This document shows, one piece after another, positions 39,892 through 53,049 of a DNA stretch of 64,000 nucleotides. Every line of letters begins with the position of its first letter. Within the stretch, counting starts at the first letter, position 1. The notes under the pieces are model-generated. The model was given only the letters and a program-made list of their open reading frames with translations, was not told the DNA's origin and did no database searches. This DNA comes from Botryllus schlosseri (lineage: Eukaryota), in contig CM119372.1 in the NCBI GenBank assembly GCA_051294905.1, forward strand, positions 15,812,001 to 15,876,000. The letters run 5' to 3'. Made by a program: the position numbers and the translations under genes.

Positions 39892-40866
39892 TAGGGATGG
39901 TGTGAACGTGAGGTTCACGTTCGCGTTCTGTGTGTGAACCTCGGAAATTTTGAGGTTCGCGTTCACAACAGAACCTTGGTAGGTTCTGTACTGTGAACCT
40001 TTTTCATATATATTTCAATTTTCTCTTCATTATAACTAATTAGGTTCAAATTCATTGCATTTCAACTGCGGACCACTCTATGCATGGCACTGGCAGCATA
40101 AACAATCAACACCTTGACAATTTCAAAAATTCATTTGCTCTCCAACAAAAGTTTGCTCGAAATATCCAGCTTTCCGTTTGTGAACATTTAGTGACTCTCT
40201 GCTATGAGCTTGACCGGCAATCACACTACATCAATAGCGAAATACACTACATGTAGATAGCGAATGATGCTTATTCAATTGATATCGTTTTCTGATGTAA
40301 AAATCTAGCTAGCTTACGTGGTCAATCTTGTCTTCATATGTTTACTGTATCATAAAAACGACATCCGTGCGATTGGGGTGTTGGCTATTGCTGTGTAACT
40401 TGGTAATGGAATAATATCGGTAGCAAGTATAGAAATCCGTTTTTACACTCTGCTCAATATCCGTGTAGCAATAGCCTACTCAGACGCCGAATACATTTTC
40501 CGGTCTGGCCTGGACCGTTAAGCCGTAAGCTTATATTCCCTGGCAAGTCCTCGTCGAAATTGTCGGCAAAGCGACGAAAGATATTGATTTATGCGATTAT
40601 TATATCATTTGATCGCCTCAGTTGGTACATTTAGCGACGATTAAAATGTCAATATGTACTTCAGCATTGTGCCATTATGTGGCCCGAGTCGTCGCTATGT
40701 ATCGTGTACATTAATATAGGCTATCACTTCATTCAAATATAGGGCTGGAATTAGCAATATGACGCCACGTGACGTCATGAGGTTCACGTTCGCGTTCACA
40801 CAGAACCTTTCAAAAAGGTTCGCGTTCACACGAACCTGAACCTTTCAGAGGTTCACACCATCCCTA
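39892..40866. mobile_element. hAT MITE, GTTCAC/GTTCGC family (other pieces at about 1995-2440 and 62965-63080)
   Basis: 16-bp TIR tagggatggtgtgaac; perfect TSD ctggacac. Confidence 0.9.
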
Positions 40867-42574
40867 CTGGACACAATCATGTATGCTCGGAAGATACAAG
40901 TGGGCCGACCAGGTAGCTTACATTGGAACTCTGAAGAAGTGTAACTGCCGTACCACTTTAATGCATTATTTTTAATAATATAACTGGTTCGACTCAAGCA
41001 TTAGTCTTGATGCAGTGGGAAATCATCGAATATTCATTAGGAACATGCTAAGCTATATATTCAAGTGAACTGTCTTTTTGCTGGTCGTACCAGAATAGTC
41101 TGCACTTACCTTTAGACCCCTTTCTGTGGCATCATTGAGGACTTTGACAGCATTTACTGGTAGATCATTATGCTGCAAGAATCTGAAAACGGCCAAGCAT
41201 AAACGGCTGATTCATCGAGAAAGTTGCTCATAAAATACAATTCATGTGCTATGCCTATTTACACGAACATATATGCCTGAAATGAGGTTAGGGTTGGTGG
41301 TGGGGGGTGTAAAACAGCGTTTAAAATTGGGACATTTCTTCACTAAATGAGCTATCCTTCTGCAAAAAGATTGACTCGTTACTTCTCAATGGACTCAACT
41401 ACCCCATCTAAAGTTGTGAGCAACAAATCTTGGAAATGACTAATTCAGTGCAGTAGAAGTCCAGGCCATGAGCTCACGTAATTTTTTGCTTATGCGTTGA
41501 TTCATTAGGAGCGTGAAACGGATTAAAGACTTTATTCGACCTTTAGCGGCCCAATTATGACGTGAGAATTAGCCAATTGTAGGCATAATGTCATGACTGG
41601 TTCCATTGCAATGATGCAATGTGCTTAGTTATCAGCTGGGAAGCAGTTAGAGCACTTTCAAGTCGCACATGTTAGCTTGCCTGCCCTATTTAAAAACGTA
41701 TGAATTTATTTTCCAAAATCACTAAAAGATTCGCGGTCCACTTGAGAATCTGTGGCGGCAGACTAATGTGCTGCGGCACTCATTTTGGGAATCACTGCCT
41801 TGGAGCATTCAAGACTTCAATTATATACCACGACAAGAGCCTAATGAGATCAGGCAAAGTAGTGTTATTGTTAGGCTTTATATTTGTATTCAATGATTGG
41901 TACATCCCTCTGAAACTAGAAATTCGTTCGCCACTTCCATAAGCGCATATGGGTGGCTTTTAGGGTGGGCGAGGTCGGCGGTCACCCACAGCCCACGGCG
42001 GACGGTCGAAGTCCCCCTCTTTGGTTTATGCGCTTTTATCAAGGATAATAGCGAATAAACGTGGAAATCAGTGCAACAATCAAGAAGATGATTCCGTACA
42101 GATGGGTCAATCAGCAAATCTCAGCATTTGTTAGAAAAGTCCCATATATCCCGACAACCACCAAGTCGCTGCATGCGGCATGGCTAGCCTACTTAGTTTT
42201 AATGTAGTTTATCCATGCAACCAAGCGATGATAGATAGCCTATGTCCCAATCCAGCGCCTGGCTCGAATCTTAATCTAGTAGTTCAATCTGACATCTCCA
42301 TTAGGTCATGGATTGGTTCTTGCTCTGGGCTTTTTATTGTAAAGACGCTCTGAGCACAGCAACGTGCAGAAGGGCGGATAATCTAATAAATCAGCGACGC
42401 TTTGTAACTTGCTACTGCACTGCCATGAATCAAACTGGAGCCTCCACCGTCAAAGGGTGTGATACGCTAATTTTCCCACCCATAGTATAGCATTTAGGAC
42501 GGTGATAACTAGTCTATGGCAATTAATCCGTGATATTTAGGTGTGGCCGAAGTGTTCACCTTTTATCTGTCACC

Positions 42575-43147
42575 CAGGGTTGTAATGACTCGAGTCATGA
42601 CTCGACTCGAGTCAGACTCGAGTCACGATTTTCGGATGACTCGACTCCACTCGAGTCATTTTCTCAAAATACGGAAATGACTCGACTCGACTCGAGTCAA
42701 TCTGTGTATTGACTCGACTTGGACTCGAGTCATTGCCCATGACTCGAAGCAAGTCATTGACTCGAGATTCAGACGGCGAAGACCGGCATTTCATTGTAAT
42801 TTCGCTATTAGGATTTCGTTTGTAGGTGCTGGTGCTTGAAAATGCCACCAGAAACTGCTAAAAGTGAGGAAAATTGATATACTATAAATGCGAACCATTC
42901 AATGTCACCAAACAGAGTTAAAAAAGTGCATTTAGGAAGACTTTAACTGGAAACTGAGCAGTCAACACAATGACTTGGACTCGGACTCGAGTCATAATAC
43001 CATGACTCGGACTCGATCCTCTGTTCGCTGACTTGGACTCGGACTTGACTCGGTCAGAATTGAAAATGACTCGACTTGACTCGAGTCAAAAATATAAAAG
43101 TGATATTGACTTGTGACTCGGAGCCTTGTGACTTGATTACAACCCTG
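42575..43147. mobile_element. hAT MITE, GACTC family
   Basis: TIR cagggttgtaat; perfect TSD ctgtcacc. Confidence 0.92.
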
Positions 43148-43799
43148 CTGTCACCCCCATCAGAACCGGAGGCAAAACAGGGACATGACGCAGGTTGATG
43201 ACCTTCTTCTGGTTATATTTGTAGTCGTATTCTTGCCATCTCTTCGTCATCGATGATCATTTTACACCATACCGATATTACTTATTTTGATTCGTGAGAT
43301 GTCAACTTATACCACGGGACACTGCTTTTACAGTAGGAACCTACATAAGCCTCCAATACATAGGAAGGCATTCTCACCATCAAGAAATGAACTCATTTGG
43401 AAGAGATGTTCACGTTTACAAATTAGAGTTGCCTACATAGCCAGTCATTCATATTTCGATTGTTATGTAGCGTGCCAGCACTGCGGGTAAAATGTAGGCA
43501 CAGGGTGAAACGTTATGTTGCAGGCGGCAAACTCGAGAATTGAGAAGTAAAGTTGATAAAATAATATCAGTTACAAATTTCCCCGCCGTTGAGGTTTATT
43601 AGTTAGCGCGGTTTGTTGGAACTTTAACTGCGGGTGGCTGTCAGTAACACTATTGAGGTATACTATCCGCACAGGTGCTATTACACGATCTGCGCGGAAA
43701 TGCGTTTGGCATCCATGCATGATACACCTCTACGCATCTGCGTTTGTTAGTGGCAATCGGATTTGGACTCTTCGATGCGACGGTTAATTACATCGACAA

Positions 43800-44268
43800 T
43801 GCGGTAGTGAGCAGACTTTATTGTCCAGCCAATCTTATGAAATTAAGCTCAGCCTGGAGTTTAAACAAGATCTCAGCAGGCCAGTTATGTGGTAATAGAT
43901 GATAATTCAAAACCTCACACTGAAGCGGAGAATGTTCTTCTTCCGGCCTGCCATAAAATTGTAAAGAAATGTTTGGGAAGAATTGAAAACGATCCCCATG
44001 TCAAATAATACCATTCATAGACGTATTTGTGAGATGTCCGCAGAGATGAAAGAAAACTCAAGCAGAGAAAAGCCTACTGAGTGCTCCGAAAAGGTAGGAG
44101 TACATCGTCAGTGACCATACCTCTGTAAGACTATGGTTGCTGCTATACTCATCCTGGTAGTTTCCTGTGCCGTAAGCTAAAAGAGTCCAGAACCACTGTT
44201 CTAGTGTGCCGCGAACCATTTTTCATTTTGAAAGTGTGCCGCGAGGTCAAAAAGGTTGAGAGCCACTG
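43800..44268 (+). mobile_element. Buster/Charlie hAT remnant
   Basis: KPHTEAENVLLPAC...IPMSNNTIHRRICEMS; right end aaggttgagagccactg. Confidence 0.7.
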
Positions 44269-44886
44269 AGCTAGACCAATGCAACATTTCAGCCTACTTC
44301 AAAGCCGCGTTATAGTGTCATATACACATCACATAATTCCGTTCCGTATATGGCGCACCACTATTAAGTTGGTAATAATAAATGCGAAAGGGGGTCTAGG
44401 GGGCCACCAGTAGGGCTACCACTGCATAAGCGCCATTGTAACATTTCTTGGCGTGTTTTTGTGCTTTCCCTCGACAAAAACAAGGCATGCAGGCTACAAT
44501 GGTTACCGTCACAATAACCCAGTCATGTTTTAAACGTTTTTGTGAAGCAGTTGTTTTTGGTCCATCATGTATTTCGTAACTCAACATGTCCGGAAATAAT
44601 CTTAAATCATTATCTGCTGACCAACCCACATTGCGCTTAAGACCCATTCACGCATGCACGGTTCCCGCCAACGACTTTTGCCGCGCGGTTTTCCATCGTA
44701 CGGTTAACAAGCCGTCTTGCCGTGGAAATGTTCACACATGCACGATTCGTTCACGGCGGCTGTCGCTACGGCTATTGTACGGTCGATTTCTTCGCTTTTT
44801 TGTTGCCGTACTGAAAGTTGGATCAAACGAACTTTCCGTGGGCATCGTTGCTGCCGTGAGCTCAGTCGAAAGTGTGCTCCTATGAG

Positions 44887-44903
44887 ATAAATACATACAT
44901 ACA

Positions 44904-44937
<34 letters not shown>

Positions 44938-45020
44938 CATACATGAATAAATAAATAAATAAATAAATAAATATATAAATACATGCATACACAGGCTACA
45001 TACATACATACATACATACA
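44887..45020. repeat. (ATAC)n/(ATAA)n microsatellite
   Basis: Read directly from the sequence. Confidence 0.95.
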
Positions 45021-45854
45021 TCATATTTCCTTGTTATGTAAAGAATCGTGCCACCATCTATTATATTGCCAGGTTCCCGAATATATCAATAATATAGCAT
45101 GTTTTAATCCATTGATTCTCAAACTTTTTACCTCATCACCCCCTATTCTGCTCGAATTTCATTTCCATAGCATTCAAGTAGGTTTTATCTACTTGTGTTG
45201 CTTACTCAAATAATTTGATTTGTATGCTATTCAACCGTCTGTTGAAGTTGAAATACGCAGCATACTGTACACTGACAAGTAGTTTTAGGACAGGGACGGG
45301 CGACATATCATCCGCGACGTGATTTTGAGCGGCCCGCAGAGAGTTTTCGGTCGTACTTGATAATGCGGCCCGCAATCCCCAACTGCTTACGCGAAAGCTC
45401 GTCAGCACGAAGAAGCTTGCATTACCGACATCTACGCATGTAGTCAACCGTACTAAATTGATATTTTGGTAAATTTGGAAACAAATCCCAACCCCCTCGT
45501 TCGTATACAATACATAGCCTAATACCGTGGGCGCGTAACATACGGCCCGCGCTCACAGTCTTCCACAATTCTCCACTACTTGCTCACTACGTCAAATTAT
45601 AGCAACTGTACGTTGTTCATGATTTTTTCGGACACAAATAACAGTGCTTTCTAGTTCTTCTTTAGTTCTTTGTTTTCTTGTGTGCGGCATGCAGCCAGAG
45701 TTCAGAGAACCTGTTCGCAACACTGATCGACCACAGATGTCTCGTTGACTGCAACAGCTATTGAATTACAACATTAACAAATTCATTGAATACTGTTTTG
45801 GTTTCTATGCTTCAAACATAAAATTTACATTCCATACGATTAATTCATGTATAT

Positions 45855-48588
45855 CAGGGTTGTCCATAAATTGGAAAACCTCAAAAACGATGCGTATTCA
45901 TGTCTCATCCTATAGATTATTGATAAAAAAAACCGTCAATGAGTCTGCTATAAGCTCACATGGAAGTCGTTAAGATACGTCTAAATGTGTTTGAAAGTAG
46001 TTGCCGTACAGTGGGCGTGTCAGCGACCATAGAACGACGAGAAGTCTAATAATGACGACATCACGGCTCTTGATCGGCTAATCAACTATGCCTCAGTGAT
46101 CACGATGGTGGCGGCTTGCTCATAGTGATCAGCTGTTCAAGGAGTCTGCTAACGGCGGTGATTATGTAACCGCATTGTAGGTTGGCCCGCAGATAATGAT
46201 TTAAGATTAATTCAGAATATGTTAAGTTACGAAATGGATGATGAACACAAAAACATGGCTGGCTTACTGTGAAGGTAACTTTTGTAGCCTGCATGGCTTG
46301 TATTCATTGAGAGAAAGAACAAGAACGCGCGAATAAATATTGCAAAAGCGCTTATGCAAGTGGCGAAGGAATTTCTAGTTTGAAAAGAGATCATTGAATA
46401 CAAATATAAAGCTTAACAATGACACTACTTTAGCTGATCTTATTAGACTCTTGTCATGGTATATAATTGAAGTCTTGAATGCTGTAAGGGTTGGATGAAT
46501 CAGTCATTTACGCTTGGCACTTATCAGATTCTTACAGCATAATGTATCTACCCGTAAATGCTGTCAAAGCCCCCAATGATGCCGCGGAAAGAGGTCCAAT
46601 GGTAAGCACAGACTATGCTGGTAGGACCAGCAAAAAGACGGTTTGCTTGTATACTTAGCATGTCCCTGATGAATATTAGATCATTACCGGCTGCATCAAC
46701 AAGACATGGATATAGAAAAAGAATGTAATGAAGCGGTGCGGTAGTTACACTTCTTCAGAGTTCCAACGTAAGCTGCCTGGTCGGCCTACATATCTTTTGA
46801 GGATACAGCATAGTGTCCAGCATCCATCTCGCATGGTGTGCTGCACCAGTCTGGCGATGACTAATATACTTTACCTGCACTCAGAAAAGCAGAAGCACTC
46901 GGCGAAATCTCAAGCATATACCAGACATGTATTATTTCTAGGATTCATACTTAGTTCTATAAGTTCACAATCATTCGCTGTTTCACCTCCGCCATGCCTG
47001 CAATAGGCTATATTGTTGCTCTAAACCAGAGGTCTCAAACACGCGGCCCGCCAGAGCATTTTGTGCGGCCCGCGACGACGTTTTAGATTTTTATGAATTT
47101 GACAATATTCAAGTGTCGCATACATCGTTTCAGGTTTTAAAGTGAAAATTCCCTCATAAATTGCTCCGCAAGCCTGAAACTATTCATCGAACTTCACTAT
47201 CACATCAATTGTAAACGCTACCAATACCATGCAGTGGAAGATTCACTATTTCGCCACAGTTCCAATTCATGATGACAAAACGTGACCCTTAGACGATTCA
47301 TGACTGAAATTTGTGAGTTGGAATTGGACGCGACCTCTCTTTGACTTACTCAGACTCGGGTTATCTCGATGGCAAAAGGAAAATGACTCGAGTGGACTGG
47401 GAGTGACTCGGAATGCCGTGAATTCTTTAGAACCATGGACGCAGCGAACTAATCGCGTATTAGGGGAATAGTAGTAGATCAGAAGGTCGCAGCTTGGTAT
47501 TTCGCTAACTAAGCAAGTAGTTATGGCAACCATTGGCAATCTGTTAGTTACATCTTTGGTCGCTAAACCATGTTATTAAGGCCACTTAAAGGTATAGAGT
47601 ACCGTAGTGGTACGTTCCAACGATTTAACAACAATTGGCCGTTCGGCGTTCTGACATTTCAATCACTAGGACACGTTCATTAATATAGTTACATTATATT
47701 TATATTTTTTCTGCTCCTGTATTTGAAGATATTTGGCTATGAGATTAATAGCCTACTTATCAGACGTATACCCGAATCCTGGATTGGGAATACAATGTCC
47801 ATCCTAAAAATGTTTTGATTTCAGATCTGTCTCTATTATCAATCTGTTAAATTCAAAATATTCATAGTAGCTGCAAAATTAAAACCCGATAGCTTTTATG
47901 ATGGCATCATACATTTGTCCGACCATATGATGTCTATATCTTATAATTAATATATATCAAGTACAACAACAATTATATTCTAATAGTTATAAATGCGATG
48001 ATTCTTTTCGTGCCAGGCCTAAATTGATACAAGAGTAGATCGCAGTTTGACGGTGTGTGTTTACTGTCAGTCAGCTTGATCGACTCACTTTCAATAGGAC
48101 AATTCATTCCCGCCAAATAAGGCCTATTTGGAAAGACATAGAATACCCATATAGCCTAAATGCTGCGGCCCGCGGCGTCGTCAAAACTAGAAAACTGGCC
48201 TGCGAGCCCAATTGAGTTTGAGACCTCTGCTCTAAACCTATCGTTACCTAGTTTTAACGCTGAAACATTCAACGACCAGGTGTCACTTGTTATTTTTAAA
48301 TCACCAACGTACAACGCGCTTACAGAATAATTGCCGTTAGCGAACTTCTTGAACTAGTAGAAGTACATGATCAGCAAGGCGCTGCGGCCATGATCATTCA
48401 AACATAGCCGATTCATCAAACAAGAGACGTGATTTCGTGATTAGCAGTCTTCTTGCCGTTCTATGGTCACTGATACGCCCACTCAACGGCAGCTACTTTC
48501 AAACGCTTCTAGACAAACGACTTTCCTGTGAGCTTATTGCATGCTCATTGCTCATTGACGTTTTTATCAATAATTATGGACAACCCTA
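45855..48588 (+). mobile_element. hATm-like element copy 2 with long TIRs
   Basis: agggttgtccataa termini; TSD atgtatat/ttgtatat; PVNAVKAPNDAAERG at 46551-46595. Confidence 0.8.
47027..48229. mobile_element. Charlie-type MITE (another copy starts at 63775)
   Basis: TIR cagaggtctcaaac; perfect TSD ctctaaac. Confidence 0.9.
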
Positions 48589-49214
48589 TTGTATATATGG
48601 ATGAATACGCATTTAATATATCGATTCGGGAATCCGGCCCGCCGAGTACTTCATTTTCCCATATCCGACCCGCCGATTGAATAAGTTGCCCGTCCCTGTT
48701 TTAGGATGTACTAACGACGCATTGCTACGAAGTTGTCAAATAAGTGTTCGAATTTTTTTCGTCATTCAGAAGAACTGGGAAAAATATGTACATAAAAAGT
48801 GAGTAGCTGTTTAACAAATATATCGCAACATATGGGACAATTGCCTGGAAACTTGCAACGAGCCTTTTCTACTTTACTAATATTCTAATGAAAATGTATG
48901 TCAAATGGGTGAGCTTTTCGCGGGTGGTTGTAGGTGAGTCACGCACAACATCATTTCGTACATTTGCGCAATGGTCTATCTCTGGTCCCAGCAATGTAAC
49001 GAAACTGGAACCAATAGTCCAATATGCGAGTCAATAGTGATTTTAGGCTCTATGTGAGTCAAATACACTGAGAAGATTGGCAGCATTGGACATTGTCTGT
49101 ATGTTGAACCTGTCGGTATGATTTCGGAAATGTTGCTCTAAATATACCCTGAGGAGCTTCTTGGAGGTACAGAACTTCAATATACAATTGAATAGTATAT
49201 TCATATTGAAATGA

Positions 49215-49258
49215 ACCCGAATATTTTCGGCTGACACTCGTCAGGGGTAATCGTCAGC
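49215..49258 (-). ncRNA. Minimal type I hammerhead ribozyme motif
   Basis: Identical to 37804-37847. Confidence 0.75.
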
Positions 49259-49566
49259 AACTAGTAGGGAATTGGAAAGAACATTGTATATCAACAATCG
49301 TATCACAAAATATGACGTCACCAGCATGAAATTTCGTGAATGAGAGAGCGTTCAATGTACTATTTTTAGGTGGTACACGAACTCCTTTTGTAGACAGAGT
49401 CGACTTTTATCAAAATACACCAACCAAAACTCTGTCAACAAAAGGAGTTCGTGTACCACCTAAAAATAGTACATTGAACGCTCTCTCATTCACGAAATTT
49501 CATGCTGGTGACGTCATATTTTGTGATACGATTGTTGATATACAATGTTCTTTCCAATTCTCTACC

Positions 49567-49610
49567 GCTGACGATTACCCCTGACGAGTGTCAGCCGAAA
49601 ACATTCGGGT
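49567..49610 (+). ncRNA. Minimal type I hammerhead motif (helix III variant AACAUU)
   Basis: gctgacgattaccc-ctgacga-gtgtcagcc-gaa-aacatt-c-gggt. Confidence 0.65.
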
Positions 49611-50760
49611 TCATTTCAATATGAATATACTATTCAATTGTATAAATATACCCTATATACAGAAAAACAATTCTACAACTGGATACGAAAATGAAGTTTC
49701 GGAAATCATGTCGTCTTCGCTTGATAATATCGTATTAAAAATAAATTATGTCTGGGATTGCTACATCATTCGCGCAGTACATGGCTAAAAACAAAAACAT
49801 GAAACTAATTCGACTTGTACTTACACAGTTTGTGCAAGCAATAATGCTTTTTGCAATACCTGTAAGTGCCTGCTCTTGAAAGACCACGTCAAAGAGTACC
49901 TGATGTTCACAAAAAATGCATTTGGTAATTGTATTTATATATACATTACCATGCCGCAAGTCCTCAAAATCTCTCACGCAAGAAATACCTAGGGAATGGT
50001 AGAATACGGTCATGAGTGACAGCTGTATTTTTTATAAATGAAGTCTACCTTGAAACGTGTTTAACGTCTAGGGTTTGTCATTAAAGTGAAGTCAATTAAC
50101 TCACGAGTTTTTCAAGTGTCAGGCAATCCATAAATGTCGTCTCCCACTGATGTTGCCGACAAATATCTCTTTGTCTATTACAGATTCGAAAATGTAAGTA
50201 AAATGATTAAAGCGTGAGAGCGATTAGCATGGATATGTTTAGTGTCAAATTTATGGTGTTGATACACATAATTATCGCTTAAAAGTGAAATTTAATCTTA
50301 CTGATAATTTGTAAGAAACATTCCTCACAATCTTTTGTCTCCTTTATTGTTTTTCTTTTTCATTTAACATCGCTTACTTTACTAAAAACATTGTGCAAAG
50401 TATGGGCAGACCAATGTCGCCAATATTCGACTGGTCACAATAATTATAGATTAAACTATATAGGCTACTATCTGAATGATCGTAAATAGGATTGAGAACG
50501 TTTTCCGGCAAAGGAGGCATGTTGCGGATATTTCAATTATAATTCCCACGGAACCATAAAATAATGTCAAACACCGGTGACGTCACAATTGTAGATTCGT
50601 GACATCATGGAATTTAAGATTACTACACAGTATTCTTCGCGTTCGCCATATTTCCTGTATTAAAAGCAGATATGATGATATAACACATGTATAGTGGTAT
50701 CTGGGCGCGGCCAGTATACAGGAGGCGACAAATCCACTTTCCATTCAAACAGTTAGAAAT

Positions 50761-50826
50761 ATGATTCTTGTGCTCGCGTTACTCGTAACAATGATCTCGA
50801 CAGTAATTCGTGCTTCCACTAAAGAG
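50761..50826 (+). CDS. Possible first coding exon (signal peptide MILVLALLVTMISTVIRASTKE) of a second gene
   Basis: ATG, hydrophobic core, AxA-like cleavage region, donor GAG|gtaaat; downstream exons not identified. Confidence 0.35.
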
Positions 50827-51453
50827 GTAAATAGGAATATCGACGGTACCGATATCGTTAAACATATTCAGAATATATGCGTCTCATCGCTCAATCTTAC
50901 AAATTATTTCAAAGAAGACCACTCCCCGCCCCCACACACACATACACACACACATCCTTGGACCTGGTTGGAAAATAGACCAAAGACAAACTATAACTTG
51001 AGAAAACGATGAGAGATTAATTTAGGACTTATTATAATTGGACAATTTTTTCCGATAGTTTCGCGGTGTTGTTTTGTTATGTCCCAATGTATTTGTATGG
51101 CCGCGCGTGATTGGCTCCTCGGTTGTCCCGTGAGCTGGTTCAATTGTGAAACTAACCGGAATCTTGACGGGGCAGTCACATTCCCATATCATCTACAATG
51201 CAGTGTCTGTGGTCCATATTTCACTATGATCTTATTCCTTTTTTGATTCGACACCAGGAGTTTGCATGAGTTGTGTACATATACGCTCAGGGTTGCATAG
51301 ATAACAAAAATCAATTCAAAACAAACATGTTTTAAACGAGGCCCTTGTTCATAACATGTTTTTTGTTATATTTAAAGCCGTGATGTCCCGAATATTCGAT
51401 TGCGACGTCATAGTGGGATAAGACTGACAATTGAAAATATAGGGTGAATAAGG

Positions 51454-52592
51454 CAGACTTGGACAACTATTGATAATTCTAATTGTCTAATTTCACTAAA
51501 TTAGAGCGAAATGCCAGGAATCTAATTCTAATCTAATTTGTGAAATGTTTCGATACTCTAATTCTAATTCTAATCTAATTTGATGTTTTCCTGAAAATGC
51601 ATCTTTGTCTGAGCCATTTTGCAGCGAGTTAACAAGAATATCCCTATCGCACAGGGAAATCCACTGCAAAGCCTCCATCGCCCTACTTACACCGTACCGT
51701 CATAGTAGCTATTGTGACGAGTAATAGCCAGCTAGCATAGTAGCTGGTAGTCTGCGAACAACATTCTAGTTTTCAAAACATTACGTTAGTACAACGCAGT
51801 GCTGACTAACATGGGCGATTGTCATGGTTACGACAAAAGAAGGAATATTTTTTAAATTAGTACAACTACAACAAGAAATATCATGATCATAAACGTCATT
51901 TTATTGTGAACTAGGAGCTGTGCATGATACCCCACAACGCTTTCCAGCAACTAATGAATCGATATTGGGGATTCCAGACATGTTGTTAGCTGAAAGGCTA
52001 TATCTCATCCCAAACATTGATCTCGTGGGACGTCCTAAGCCGTTTTCTAAGCGTCTCGGTCTTGGCAATGTCTGGGCCGTTGTACGTCAATACAATAGGC
52101 TTATTGATAACAGCTGACTGTCCATCGATGGGATGCTATTGCTATCGCCGCAGCCGTTTCAGCTAGTGGGGAATAGTGTTGCTGGGCACTGGCGAATAGC
52201 TTATTTTGAAACAACAACAATAATTTGAAACTGATATGAATTTTAGAATGTCAAAATGCATTATTTCGTGTGTTTCCTAAATACGAATTAGTTTGCAGGC
52301 CGCAATATATGACCTCGCGGCATGCGTGTTGGTGACCCTGGTATAATGCAAAATGAGCCAAGTTTGGTGTACAGACGTTTACCATTTTTTACTCATGCTT
52401 TTGGAAATGCACTATGATTTGATATGAATTGATTTTTGCTGTATTTATTTCCCATTCACAATTTCATTCAATTTCCAAGTTTTTGCGAATTCAGTAATTC
52501 TAATTCTAATCTAATTTTGAAAAAGCTGTGTAGCTCTAATTCTAATTCTAATCTAATTCGGATAAGCTGAAAATTTTCTAGTTTTCCGTCTG
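51454..52592. mobile_element. hAT MITE, CTAATT family, copy 1
   Basis: cagacttggacaacta terminus; colinear with 57168-58757. Confidence 0.8.
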
Positions 52593-53049
52593 AAATATAG
52601 ATACTTTGACGAAATAGGCTTCCGAACGCTGTCATATACAGACCTAAAATATCTTTAAGCAGGACTACATCGTCATGCAGCATTTTTACGGTAGCTGGCC
52701 ATCATCATCCGGACATTCATTCCATACCAATGATCTATATCTACGTATAAAAGCTGTTGAACCGACTATTTCGAGGGTACCAACCATCTCATATCGTATA
52801 CGTCGGCCATATCGGGTGGTAATCGTTCGCATAGCCTTAAACGGCATGTTTTTTGAAATGTTTTACACAATCATGGCATAATTATACAACTTAAAAAAAT
52901 GTAATTTTTTTTAATAATGCCTTTGTTCAAAAAACTGTTTAAAACATGTTTTAAACAATCATTTGTTCAAAAGGCAAAACTAGATAGGACACGCTGCTGC
53001 TTATAAACTTCGTCGATTGACGTCTGTTAACGGACTGGTTTGCCCAACG

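Larger units (their letters stand above)
37510..41900 (-). mobile_element. hATm-like element copy 1 (inverted relative to 45855-48588), with nested inserts
   Basis: Colinear reverse-complement homology; VNAVKVLNDATERG motif at about 41115-41160. Confidence 0.7.
45291..48698. mobile_element. hAT MITE hosting two nested layers
   Basis: TIR cagggacgggc; perfect TSD ttttagga. Confidence 0.9.
49151..49642. mobile_element. Fold-back (inverted) Penelope-like 3'-end insertion with two hammerheads
   Basis: Inverted arms of about 220 bp; ESTFIKIHQPKLCQQKEFVYHLKIVH* on + strand; 12-bp TSD taaatataccct. Confidence 0.88.

Noticed and set aside
44704..45024. Hydrophobic ORFs (MYVCMYV...)
   Set aside because: Translation of the microsatellite
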